From NCBI GenBank assembly GCA_029856105.1, contig JAHQWH010000156.1, positions 1-25,459 of the forward strand: DNA of 25,459 nucleotides, read 5' to 3'. Of the stretch, positions 7,500-16,991 are shown piece by piece; the first letter of the stretch is position 1, and each line of letters starts with the position of its first letter. The stretch comes from Promethearchaeia archaeon. GTDB taxonomy: Archaea > Asgardarchaeota > Lokiarchaeia > Sigyniarchaeales > SOKP01. The notes beneath the pieces were generated by a model. It worked only from the letters and a program-made list of their open reading frames with translations, had not been told where the DNA came from and searched no databases. The translations under genes were made by a program, and so were the position numbers.

Positions 7500-10400
7500 T
7501 TATTTTTTCTTTTTCTGGAGCAATACCAATGCGATAATGGGAATTGTCATGAAAACCAAAAAGCAATTTCCAAAAGGAATAGCAAGAGTATCATCAGAAT
7601 TTTCTTCATAAATAGTAATTTTTACAGTGTCAGTAGCAAAATTTCCAGTATCATCAGTAAAATTAACAGTGTAGAAATAATCTCCCGGTGTTAACTCTTC
7701 TGGAAGGTAATAGTGAATTTCAACTCCACTATACCAAACAATAGGACCGGCTATGACTCCACAACCTTGAACTTCGATTGTATAAGTGTTTGGATTTTCA
7801 TCAGTTGCAATCCACGTGATGAATTCCTCCGTATATCCATTTGCTAAAGAATAGTCTTCTGTTCCAAATGTAACTATGGGATCAATGACATCTCCTTGAA
7901 CTGTGATTTTTACCTCATCGGTGATAAAATTACCAGCATCATCAGTAAAATTAACAGTGTAGAAATAATCTCCCGGTGTTAACTCTTCTGGAAGGTAATA
8001 GTGAATTTCAACTCCACTATACCAAACAATAGGACCGGCTATGACTCCACAACCTTGAACTTCGATTGTATAAGTGTTTGGATTTTCATCAGTTGCAATC
8101 CACGTGATGAATTCCTCCGTATATCCATTTGCTAAAGAATAGTCTTCTGTTCCAAATGTAACTATGGGATCAATGACATCTCCTTGAACTGTGATTTTTA
8201 CCTCATCGGTGATAAAATTACCAGCATCATCAGTAAAATTAACAGTGTAGAAATAATCTCCCGGTGTTAACTCTTCTGGAAGGTAATAGTGAATTTCAAC
8301 TCCACTATACCAAACAATAGGACCGGCTATGACTCCACAACCTTGAACTTCGATTGTATAAGTGTTTGGATTTTCATCAGTTGCAATCCATGAAATTTCC
8401 ACATCAGTATAATCCGTAAATAAAGAAATATCATCTGGAGCGTTTATTATAAGAGGTGGAGTATTATCAAGCCCTGTTGTCCATTTTAAATCGTATTCAT
8501 TTCCCCAATTAGGTCCAAATACTTTTACGTAATAAAATCCTGAAATTGAAACAAATTGAGTCATGAACTCATTATTGTCAGTAGAAGTACTCACTGCAAT
8601 TTGCGTCCCATTAGCATAGTATAATCCAATATCTATATTACCATCAGCATGAGTGAAAGTACATTCAATTTCTAAAATAGGTACCCCAGTAATAATAGAA
8701 ATTTCATACCAGTCATCATCAATCTGCCTTCCATGTCCATCGATATCATGCAACCAAGTTGAATTATATGCTGATAAACTATACGCGTCTCCTATATTAT
8801 CATTCTCTTCATAATTATCATCTGAAGGAGGAATAAAAGTCATATTCCATCTTAGATTATATTCATTACCACTGTTACAAGTTTTTCCATAAACTAAGAC
8901 ATGGTAATAAGCATTTCCAGTAAGGATTGTATTAATAGTCTCATTGTCAGTTATGGTTTTTTTTTCTGCTCTTTTAATTTCGCTAGCATCATATAAAGCT
9001 ATGTCTATATCACCGAGACTATGTGTGAATGAACATTCGATCTCTAAATTGTGTTCTCCTGATGGTATATATATTTTATACCAATCCAAGTCATTTTGTC
9101 GCCCTGTTCCGTTAACCTGATCTAACCAAACAGACTCATTTAAGGAAATATCATAGGATGACCCTAAATCATCGTTTTCTTCATAATTGTCTTCTATTGG
9201 TATATAAGTATTCCATTTTAAGTCATAATGATTTGGAAAGAATGTATAAAATGGATCTTGAAATACTTTAATATAATAAGATCCACCAGTAGGAAGCACG
9301 CATTTTATGAATTCATCATCCGTATCAGATTTGCTTTCTTTGATTAAAGTTTCACTATCATCATAAAGTGCGAGCTCTATATCACCATAATTGTAAGTAA
9401 AAGTACAATTAATTTCTACTGCTCTCCCTCCAGGATCAACATGAATTCGATACCAATCTTGATCTAAATTAATTGCCTCTCCACCAATAGTTGATAACCA
9501 TGTATTTTCATGGGCAGAGAAATCATAAACTTCATTAAAATCGTCGTTTTGTTCATAAATATCATCCGATGGAGGAGAAGCGCTCCACTGTAAATCATAA
9601 TCATTCATATTATCATCACCATATACTTTAATAAAATAATGATTGTAATAATGAAGGATATGGAGATGATCTAGCTCATAATCAATGTGTTCATTATTCG
9701 TTGTTGAAGTACTTGAAGCTACAAGAGTACCACTATAATCATATAGGGAAATATCAATATTTCCATCCGCATGGGTAAATGTACAATCTATATCTAAGAT
9801 TAAATTTGGGCGTCCTATAATAATATCATACCAATCATCATCAGATTGCTTTCCGAGACCCTGATCATCACTTAATCTTGTATAAGATAAGAAATACGCA
9901 TTAGATCTAGCATCATTTTGTTCATAATTATCATCCCATAGATACGGTAATTCATTCCACCTTAGATCATAAATATAATGACTATAATCTCCACTTACTC
10001 TAATAAAATATGTACCAGGACAAGGCAAATAGTAATCTATTTGCATGTTATTTGACCAGGATTCCTCATCCAACCAAGTAGATCCATCAGTATCAAATAA
10101 ATACAATTCAAAATAATCGCCATGATTAGTTTTAAAATCTATCTGAACATGTAGGTTATATGGATCAGCAGTGAATTTGAACCAATCATGATCATCACTT
10201 ACCCCTAATGAATCAATGCCCGATAAATAGGTATTTTCATAAGACGTAAGATCATAGGCAGTTGAATAATCATCATTATTTTCATAATGATCATTCCAAG
10301 TCCATGTGATATCATCCCAGTAAATATTGTAACTATTTCCTTCGTTAGAACCTGTAATTTTAATCAACCAAACAATTCCAGTATCCACGTTAACATCAAG

Positions 10401-10793
10401 TATTTTGTTAGTAAAATCATTTTGGTCATATAAATAATTAAAAGGATCACTTTGCTTACTTATCTGGATATTAACTGATCCACTATAATATACAATCAAT
10501 CTTCCAAACGTAAGATCGAATGAATACCAATCATGATCATTTTGATATCCAAGCCCATCAATTTCAGATAGCCATTGACCTGCATTAGAATCAATATCAT
10601 ATGCTTCAAGGTAAATATCGTTTTCTTCATAATTGTCCTCTGCAGCTTTGGCATAAGGAGTCGTATAAATGATAGAAAACCCTATTATCAAGACCAAAAA
10701 AATTAGTTTAACCTCAAAAGATTTATTTTCATTAAATTTTCGATTTTTAATTTTTATCAACTCGTTTTTAAATAAAATTGTTTTAAGCATCAT
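7500..10793 (-). CDS. Large membrane-anchored cell-surface protein: six PPC-like (pre-peptidase C-terminal) repeats, three Ig-like repeats and a C-terminal anchor
   Basis: N-terminal hydrophobic segment LIFLVLIIGFSIIYT. Six ~110-125-aa units starting D-x-YE-x-ND with DxDWY/F, mostly GxIDIxLYD-like, and YxLxW. Three 96-aa units. Ends IPFG + TM helix + KKKK. No catalytic domain recognised. Confidence 0.8.
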   Translation of the reverse strand: MMLKTILFKNELIKIKNRKFNENKSFEVKLIFLVLIIGFSIIYTTPYAKAAEDNYEENDIYLEAYDIDSNAGQWLSEIDGLGYQNDHDWYSFDLTFGRLIVYYSGSVNIQISKQSDPFNYLYDQNDFTNKILDVNVDTGIVWLIKITGSNEGNSYNIYWDDITWTWNDHYENNDDYSTAYDLTSYENTYLSGIDSLGVSDDHDWFKFTADPYNLHVQIDFKTNHGDYFELYLFDTDGSTWLDEESWSNNMQIDYYLPCPGTYFIRVSGDYSHYIYDLRWNELPYLWDDNYEQNDARSNAYFLSYTRLSDDQGLGKQSDDDWYDIIIGRPNLILDIDCTFTHADGNIDISLYDYSGTLVASSTSTTNNEHIDYELDHLHILHYYNHYFIKVYGDDNMNDYDLQWSASPPSDDIYEQNDDFNEVYDFSAHENTWLSTIGGEAINLDQDWYRIHVDPGGRAVEINCTFTYNYGDIELALYDDSETLIKESKSDTDDEFIKCVLPTGGSYYIKVFQDPFYTFFPNHYDLKWNTYIPIEDNYEENDDLGSSYDISLNESVWLDQVNGTGRQNDLDWYKIYIPSGEHNLEIECSFTHSLGDIDIALYDASEIKRAEKKTITDNETINTILTGNAYYHVLVYGKTCNSGNEYNLRWNMTFIPPSDDNYEENDNIGDAYSLSAYNSTWLHDIDGHGRQIDDDWYEISIITGVPILEIECTFTHADGNIDIGLYYANGTQIAVSTSTDNNEFMTQFVSISGFYYVKVFGPNWGNEYDLKWTTGLDNTPPLIINAPDDISLFTDYTDVEISWIATDENPNTYTIEVQGCGVIAGPIVWYSGVEIHYYLPEELTPGDYFYTVNFTDDAGNFITDEVKITVQGDVIDPIVTFGTEDYSLANGYTEEFITWIATDENPNTYTIEVQGCGVIAGPIVWYSGVEIHYYLPEELTPGDYFYTVNFTDDAGNFITDEVKITVQGDVIDPIVTFGTEDYSLANGYTEEFITWIATDENPNTYTIEVQGCGVIAGPIVWYSGVEIHYYLPEELTPGDYFYTVNFTDDTGNFATDTVKITIYEENSDDTLAIPFGNCFLVFMTIPIIALVLLQKKKK
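7650..8390. repeat. Intragenic tandem repeat, 288-bp unit, ~2.6 copies, apparently identical
   Basis: ATCATCAGTAAAATTAACAGTGTAG starts at 7650, 7938 and 8226 (period 288). Identity ends at TTGCAATCCA (8390). Confidence 0.95.
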
Positions 10794-10823
10794 TATGATG
10801 CTCTTATGAATATTCGAGTGTGA

Positions 10824-10846
10824 TTACTTTAATGATTTTAGTTCCA
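10824..10846 (-). promoter_or_regulatory. Shared upstream element, copy 1 (before the PPC-repeat gene)
   Basis: + strand TTACTTTAATGATTTTAGTTCCA, 21/23 identical to 13808-13830. Confidence 0.6.
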
Positions 10847-10992
10847 ATAATATCATGAAAGTTTCGATGATGGATGGAACAAATTATTTTAGAGTAATTT
10901 ATAAAATAAAATAATAAATATCATTTATGAGGGCAGAAGTATCAAAGATTTTAAGAAAAATAAAAAAAATAAAAGAAAATAAAAAAGGAAGT

Positions 10993-13746
10993 TTATTTAT
11001 TGAAATTTAACAATCTTTTTCTCCATATCATTATTGTTGTAATCAGCGAGATCATAGCAATTATGGTGAAAATATCAAATCCTATAATCACGGGTGTTCC
11101 TGGACCCGTACTTGTATTTTTAATAATAATAACTTCTGCATAACCTTCGTGTCCTAATGTATCATTGGCATAGAATCTAATAGTAATATATCCATCATCT
11201 AAAGAATCCCATAAAGTCTCATTTATAGCTCCGGATGTCGACGAAATTATATGTGTCGTTGAACCCTCAGAAATAATGACATACCACATGGCATCTAAAA
11301 AAAGTTCATCAATATCAAAGTCATAGGTTGGTGCCTGAACTCCATATTCTTGATCCTCAATAGGATTGGTAATGGATATAATTGGATTAGCAGTATCTTT
11401 ATATAATATCAACGAATAGGAATCATTTATGTGTCCGATCAAATCGGTGGCATAAATTTTAATAATAAAAGGTCCATCTGCCAACCCCGTCCATATTTGG
11501 TCATGCAATAAAACCTCGATCCCAGAATTGATAGTGACTTGTTGACCATTTATCTCATACCATATACGATCTATATTTGGATCAAATGCACTCACATTGA
11601 TTCTTGGTTTTGAATCGATACATGTTCCATTCAATGGTAAATAGATTGATACTAATGGTGCTTTATCATCGTAAATTGGGAAATTATCTTGACTTCCTGC
11701 AGTTCCAAGGATATTATAAGGAGTATCTCCAACACCATCTCCATTATTATCAACTCCAGAATAGTCATCCCAATAATTGCCTTCAACACCCCAGTACCAT
11801 TCATTACTACCACCATTATCAACAGCATTTGGTAAGTTCCCAATAAGAAAATTGCGATCAATCTTACTGTCATTACAATTATGTATGAGTATCCCTTCTG
11901 CTGAATTATTAATGATGAGATTCCCTATTATATAAAGACCTATACAATCAACTAAATATAACCCCTCTCCGTTATTTCTTATAATATCATTTCCAGAGAT
12001 CAAATTGTTATTAGAATTAAAAGCCAATTCAATTCCTCTAGCATTATCTTCAATATAATTCAAGGTGATATTATTAAAATCAGAATTATCTATCAAAAAT
12101 ATACCAAATCGTAGATTAGATTGAATTATATTTTTTGAGATGGTATTGTTCTCAGATCGTGATAAATAAACGCCATCTTCTGAATTATCAGTAACAATGT
12201 TACTCAAAATCCTGTTTAAATGACCGTAAGCTATATTAATCCCCATATATGTATTTTCACTTATATTATTTTCTGAAATTAAATTATCTTCTGAAGAATC
12301 AAGAAAAATTCCAGAATCTGCTCCAGATAGTCCATTATGAAAGATATTATTTTCAATTATTGTATTATTATTACTCAGAGTTAAATGGATCCCATCCCCA
12401 GTATTATTTGAAATGATATTTTTTGCAAGAATATTATATTCACTTTCAAATAAGTAAAGACCTATTAAATTTCCGGTTAAGACCGTTCCATTAACAGTAT
12501 TATAATTACTTTCGTATAAATATATTCCCTCATTGCTATTATCTTTTACTATGTTTTCTGAAAGCGTATTATTTTCGCTCTGATATAAATTAATACCGAA
12601 TTGATCATTTTTACTCGCGTTGTTTGCAAAAATAGTATTATTAAACGAATTTTCTAAAGAGATCCCATAATTATTTTCTGATAATATATTTTCTGAGATT
12701 TTATTAAAGTTGCAGTTATCAGTTAAGACAATTCCTGAAGCAGAATTATTATATCCTATATTTCCTTTTATCGTATTATTTTTTACACTTTGAGAATATA
12801 AATCATATAAATAGATTCCAAATTCACCATTATAAGAAGCATTGTTATAATATATCTGATTATTATCGCAATTAACAAATATTCCATATTTTCTGTTGTT
12901 ATTCGCAGTATTTCCATAAATAAAACAATCACCATAAGCGCTAATTTGGATTCCATAGAAATTATCATTGGCGATATTTCCTATGAGATCTATATGTTTT
13001 GAGGATACGTGAAATCCAATTGCTTTGTTATCGCTAAAATTATTATTTTTCACTAAAGAGTTTTCTGATTGTTGAATAAGAATACCACGATCATTAAGAT
13101 TTGCTGTATTTCCTATAATGATACTCTCATCACTATAATAGATGTTTATCCCAATTAAATCGTTTTCTATAATATTATTTCCTGATATGTAATTATTATC
13201 ACTAAACGATATTTCGATTCCAAAAAGATTATAGGATACATTGTTCCCGATAATAGTATTATTATACCCATGATCAATGTAAATTCCGAACCAATTGTTG
13301 TTTGAACAATTATTATTTAGGATCTTACCATTAGATACATTTTCTAACTTGATTCCTGCATTATTATTTGGTTCAATGCCAGCACTTGCATTATACAGAG
13401 TAGAATTTTGAATAACGAAGTAAACATCGCTGTTGCTAATGGTTATACAACTCGTAGAGTTTAAACCGTTGATTGCCACATTTTCAATAATATAGGGTTC
13501 ACTCCACGTTCCAGAACCGCTACACCATGGTTCAGAAGCTGCTTTTGATGCCCAAGCAGCATTTCCATCGATATTTATTGGAGTTCCAGTTAAATCCCAG
13601 TATCCTGATATCCGAATATTCTTTGAATCAACACCAATATGATTCAGTTGATTTTCAAATTCAACGCATGAAGCGACAATTAAGAGGACAACTAAACCAA
13701 TTAAAAGTGTGAAAAATTGCTTTTTTATCTTTTTCTGTTTCTTCAT
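10993..13746 (-). CDS. Cell-surface right-handed beta-helix (NosD/CASH/PbH1-type) protein with two Ig-like domains and a C-terminal anchor
   Basis: Signal-like N-terminus, GSGTWSEPYIIEN, many ~22-aa GIxLxxSxNNxIxxNxxxxN repeats, GNYWDDYSGVDNNGDGVGDTPY, two Ig-like units, then IIGFD + TM helix + RKR. Confidence 0.85.
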   Translation of the reverse strand: MKKQKKIKKQFFTLLIGLVVLLIVASCVEFENQLNHIGVDSKNIRISGYWDLTGTPINIDGNAAWASKAASEPWCSGSGTWSEPYIIENVAINGLNSTSCITISNSDVYFVIQNSTLYNASAGIEPNNNAGIKLENVSNGKILNNNCSNNNWFGIYIDHGYNNTIIGNNVSYNLFGIEISFSDNNYISGNNIIENDLIGINIYYSDESIIIGNTANLNDRGILIQQSENSLVKNNNFSDNKAIGFHVSSKHIDLIGNIANDNFYGIQISAYGDCFIYGNTANNNRKYGIFVNCDNNQIYYNNASYNGEFGIYLYDLYSQSVKNNTIKGNIGYNNSASGIVLTDNCNFNKISENILSENNYGISLENSFNNTIFANNASKNDQFGINLYQSENNTLSENIVKDNSNEGIYLYESNYNTVNGTVLTGNLIGLYLFESEYNILAKNIISNNTGDGIHLTLSNNNTIIENNIFHNGLSGADSGIFLDSSEDNLISENNISENTYMGINIAYGHLNRILSNIVTDNSEDGVYLSRSENNTISKNIIQSNLRFGIFLIDNSDFNNITLNYIEDNARGIELAFNSNNNLISGNDIIRNNGEGLYLVDCIGLYIIGNLIINNSAEGILIHNCNDSKIDRNFLIGNLPNAVDNGGSNEWYWGVEGNYWDDYSGVDNNGDGVGDTPYNILGTAGSQDNFPIYDDKAPLVSIYLPLNGTCIDSKPRINVSAFDPNIDRIWYEINGQQVTINSGIEVLLHDQIWTGLADGPFIIKIYATDLIGHINDSYSLILYKDTANPIISITNPIEDQEYGVQAPTYDFDIDELFLDAMWYVIISEGSTTHIISSTSGAINETLWDSLDDGYITIRFYANDTLGHEGYAEVIIIKNTSTGPGTPVIIGFDIFTIIAMISLITTIMIWRKRLLNFNK

Positions 13747-13807
13747 TAAATTATACCTTTTTAATTTTTTATTAAATTAAGGTGATTTTGTTAAAAATCA
13801 GATCTGC

Positions 13808-13867
13808 TTACTTTTATGATTATAGTTCCAGAACTTTCGTGGGAGTTCTGAATTCCTTCGGAAGTTC
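13808..13867. promoter_or_regulatory. Shared upstream element, copy 2, plus two tandem 18-bp palindromic boxes in the divergent promoter region
   Basis: TTACTTTTATGATTATAGTTCCA (13808-13830), then GAACTTTCGTGGGAGTTC (13831-13848) and GAATTCCTTCGGAAGTTC (13850-13867), followed by a TATA-like AT run. Confidence 0.6.
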
Positions 13868-13936
13868 CATAAAATATATATAAATATAAAAGATGCAGAA
13901 TATAATTTAGATAATAAAATTTTATTTTCTTAAATT

Positions 13937-15844
13937 ATGGAAATTATAAATTATCCTCCTGAAAAGATATATAGCCCTTCTAAGTTAAATAGGCCAAATT
14001 ATGACCATATTATTCTCTGGATGTTGTATAATAATGATATTTGTAGATGGTCCAGTTTTAGTCAAGAACCAATCGAAATCCCGTTAAGTACATTATCAAG
14101 ACATTTAGAAGGATTAATAAGTAAAAGTTTTGTTGTCAGAATTTCAAAAGGTAATTATAAAATTACACCAGAAGGAAAAAAGAAATTTTTTGAGTTATCA
14201 AGCGCTAAGAATAAGGTAAAACAGCTAAATTTTCCCCCAAAAATAATCCTAAAAAGTGGAAGGAACTACTCTCACTGGATTCTTTGGATGGCGTATAATA
14301 ACAATTATTGTAAAAGAGCTGATTTTCTTGGAGATCCTTTATTTATAAACCAGTCTTCATTGTCAAAGAATTTAAGTCTTTTAACTGAAGAGGGTTTTTT
14401 AATAAAAGAGGAGGGAAAATACACAATTACTCAATCTGGTAAATCAGAGTATTCAAGAATGCTACAACATTATGATTTAGATAGACAAACGATTTTAGAA
14501 GAAGAGAGTAAAAAAATTGAAGAAATTAAGCAAAAAACTATTGCCTTTTTCAATAAACTCAGAATTGAAGACAATGAAATTCAATTTAGATTTCTAACTA
14601 ATGTTCTAAAATTAGATTATGAAAAAGTAAAACCGTTATTAAAAGATGAAAAAGTTTTCTATAAAATCTTACTTTTTATTTCAATTAATCATCCAGATCA
14701 ATATCCTAACTTCATATCACCTGAAGATTTTTCAAACAAATATAAAATTAAAAAAATTACTCTTGATTATTATATTGATGAAATTTCTGAAGGGAAAATA
14801 TATCCATTCAAATTTTTTAAATTAACAGGACCTTCAGGCGGAGTTTATTACTTTCAATCGGGTGGAAAATTGGAAAGAATGCTTCAGGTTATTACAGAAA
14901 ACTATATTAACAAATACACGTATTTAAATAAACTCTTTTCGAAACCGGATGATAACCTGACCAAATACGATAGTACTTCTATTGTAAATCAGATTTTAGA
15001 CGAGATTTGCAGTTTCTTATTCAATAAAGATTTTAAAGAATCATTACGAGAATTGTTACCGGGATATATTAAATATTTAGCATATAAGTTTGAGACTAAA
15101 AGGGAGTTAAAAAATACTTATGATAAATTAGAAGGATTAATTTGGCAAGATTTATCAGAAATTTTTGATTCCCAAATTTCTGAAGATTTAAAAAGTCAAT
15201 ATGAAGAAGAAGTTAAAGAAATTGATAGTGAAATTGAGTTAAATCCTTTGAATATCGATTTATATAAATTAAAAATTAAAATTTTAATTTATTTTAACCA
15301 ATACAATAATGTATTAGGGGTATTAGAAAACATGTTAAAAGCGTTTCCTGAAGAGGAAATAGATATTATGATGAAAAAGGCATCTATTCTTAAAAGAAAG
15401 AGGGATCTGAGAGCGGGATTAGATATTATCGAAGATTTAATTAAAAAATACCCAAAAAATAAGGAACTTCTTAGCTATAAGGCTTATTGGTTCCAATATT
15501 TGGATAAAAAAGATGAATCCTTAGAAATTATGCAAAAACTTATAGATGGTGAACCAAATATAGGAATTTATCATGACATTTATGGAGAAATTTTAATGCA
15601 TTTTGAAGAATATGAAAATGCTGTAAAAAGATTCTTAAAAGCACTTGTAATGGGCAGCGATGAGTGGTATATTTACCAAACTTATATTAAAATGGGAATT
15701 TGTTATAAAGCGCTTGGAAACCATGATCTAACAGTTAAAAATCTTAAAAAAGGGAAGGATATTCTAAATAAAAGCTCAGTTGATCCCGATACAAAACAAA
15801 AATGGCTTATAATCGCAGATCTCTTTCTTACTGAGATGAAGTAA
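13937..15844 (+). CDS. Putative transcriptional regulator: tandem winged-helix domains plus C-terminal TPRs
   Basis: Two homologous N-terminal units (NYPP..NYDHIILWMLYNN..STLSRHLEGL..GNYKITPEGK and NFPP..NYSHWILWMAYNN..SSLSKNLSLL..GKYTITQSGK) with MarR/ArsR-like wing motifs. TPRs at the C-terminus (YHDIYGEILMHFEEYENAVKRF, YIKMGICYKALGNHDL). Confidence 0.75.
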   Translation: MEIINYPPEKIYSPSKLNRPNYDHIILWMLYNNDICRWSSFSQEPIEIPLSTLSRHLEGLISKSFVVRISKGNYKITPEGKKKFFELSSAKNKVKQLNFPPKIILKSGRNYSHWILWMAYNNNYCKRADFLGDPLFINQSSLSKNLSLLTEEGFLIKEEGKYTITQSGKSEYSRMLQHYDLDRQTILEEESKKIEEIKQKTIAFFNKLRIEDNEIQFRFLTNVLKLDYEKVKPLLKDEKVFYKILLFISINHPDQYPNFISPEDFSNKYKIKKITLDYYIDEISEGKIYPFKFFKLTGPSGGVYYFQSGGKLERMLQVITENYINKYTYLNKLFSKPDDNLTKYDSTSIVNQILDEICSFLFNKDFKESLRELLPGYIKYLAYKFETKRELKNTYDKLEGLIWQDLSEIFDSQISEDLKSQYEEEVKEIDSEIELNPLNIDLYKLKIKILIYFNQYNNVLGVLENMLKAFPEEEIDIMMKKASILKRKRDLRAGLDIIEDLIKKYPKNKELLSYKAYWFQYLDKKDESLEIMQKLIDGEPNIGIYHDIYGEILMHFEEYENAVKRFLKALVMGSDEWYIYQTYIKMGICYKALGNHDLTVKNLKKGKDILNKSSVDPDTKQKWLIIADLFLTEMK

Positions 15845-15955
15845 GTTCTCTGTATTTAATAATTAATAAAAAATTTAGTCTTGATAGTTTATTGATAATC
15901 TTTAAAAAACAATCTAAAATATGCAATATATATATTTATATTTAGAGGGAATAAA

Positions 15956-16957
15956 ATGAATGAAAGCTATTTTCAAGAATTTTTAGAGAATAATAAAATT
16001 GATGAAAACAAAATAGAAAATTATATCTCGAGAATTAAATATTATGAAAAATTTCTCAACAAAGAAAATCTTACTCTCGAAACAGTTAAACCTAAGAAAT
16101 TAGTTGAATATACTGAATATTTGGTTTCTATCGAGAAAGAATCTGTTCTAGATTTTCTTAGAGCATTAATGAGTTATGCTAATTATTCCAAGAAATACGA
16201 TTTTATTACTGAAGCGATAGATATTGCGGAGTCTTACATAGCAATGCAAACTTTGTTTTCAAGAATAGCTGAATTTCATGGTGAGAAGATAAGAAATGAA
16301 ATTTTTAAAGATATGATTATTCCTCCTTTAGGCGTACATCCAGAAAAAAAACCTGATTTCACGAAAATTATTATGAAAAGATTGGAAGATAAACTTGGAA
16401 AAGAAAACACAATTAAACTTCTTTCACCATGCCTTCATGGCCGCCCACCTGATGATATTGAGGGAGATAAAAAAGTCATTAAAGAATTAGGTATTGATGG
16501 TTTTTTAGTAAAGAAACACCAAAAATTAATCCAAAGGCTCGAGAAGCATAGAGACGAAGAAACATTAGAATTCGCGCAATATGTTGATGATGAAGTAATA
16601 GAATTTGTGAGAAACAATCAGATGTTAGGTGAAGGCGTAAGAGAAGGAAATATCATTTATCTATGCAAGCTTCCTTATCAAATAAAGAAATTTCTAAATG
16701 CTAAAGACGACAAAATGAAAAGATTTTATCTTTGTTATTGTCCTTGGATTCGAGGAGCATTAAAAAATGGAACTGAAAGTGAAATCTCAAAGCATTTCTG
16801 TCATTGCAGTGCAGGCTGGTATAAACTTTATTGGGATCAAATTCTTGAACAATCCATAAAAGTTGAGCCTATTAAAACTGCGCTTGATGGTGCAATGGAA
16901 TGCAAATTTGCTATCTATTTACCTGAAAACATAATAAACTCATATAAAAAGAAATAG
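15956..16957 (+). CDS. Cys-rich V4R-like (DUF6144-like) protein with a helical N-terminal domain
   Basis: C-terminus YLCYCPW...FCHCSAGWYKLYWDQIL...KVEPIKTALDGAMECKFAI follows the V4R-like C..G..........V.......G...C.F pattern. Confidence 0.55.
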   Translation: MNESYFQEFLENNKIDENKIENYISRIKYYEKFLNKENLTLETVKPKKLVEYTEYLVSIEKESVLDFLRALMSYANYSKKYDFITEAIDIAESYIAMQTLFSRIAEFHGEKIRNEIFKDMIIPPLGVHPEKKPDFTKIIMKRLEDKLGKENTIKLLSPCLHGRPPDDIEGDKKVIKELGIDGFLVKKHQKLIQRLEKHRDEETLEFAQYVDDEVIEFVRNNQMLGEGVREGNIIYLCKLPYQIKKFLNAKDDKMKRFYLCYCPWIRGALKNGTESEISKHFCHCSAGWYKLYWDQILEQSIKVEPIKTALDGAMECKFAIYLPENIINSYKKK

Positions 16958-16991
16958 GATTATACCATATCAACATCTCAAACTCGAACAT

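Noticed and set aside
7650-8390. Repeat as a CRISPR array or diversity-generating retroelement TR/VR pair
   Set aside because: The units are contiguous, 288 bp, in frame and identical, with no spacers, no adenine-specific differences and no RT or cas genes.
10993-13746. True NosD of nitrous-oxide reductase maturation
   Set aside because: No nosZ/F/Y nearby; the Ig-like stalk and anchor indicate a generic beta-helix surface protein.
15956-16957. Functional integrase for the proposed island
   Set aside because: No tyrosine-recombinase catalytic domain is present.
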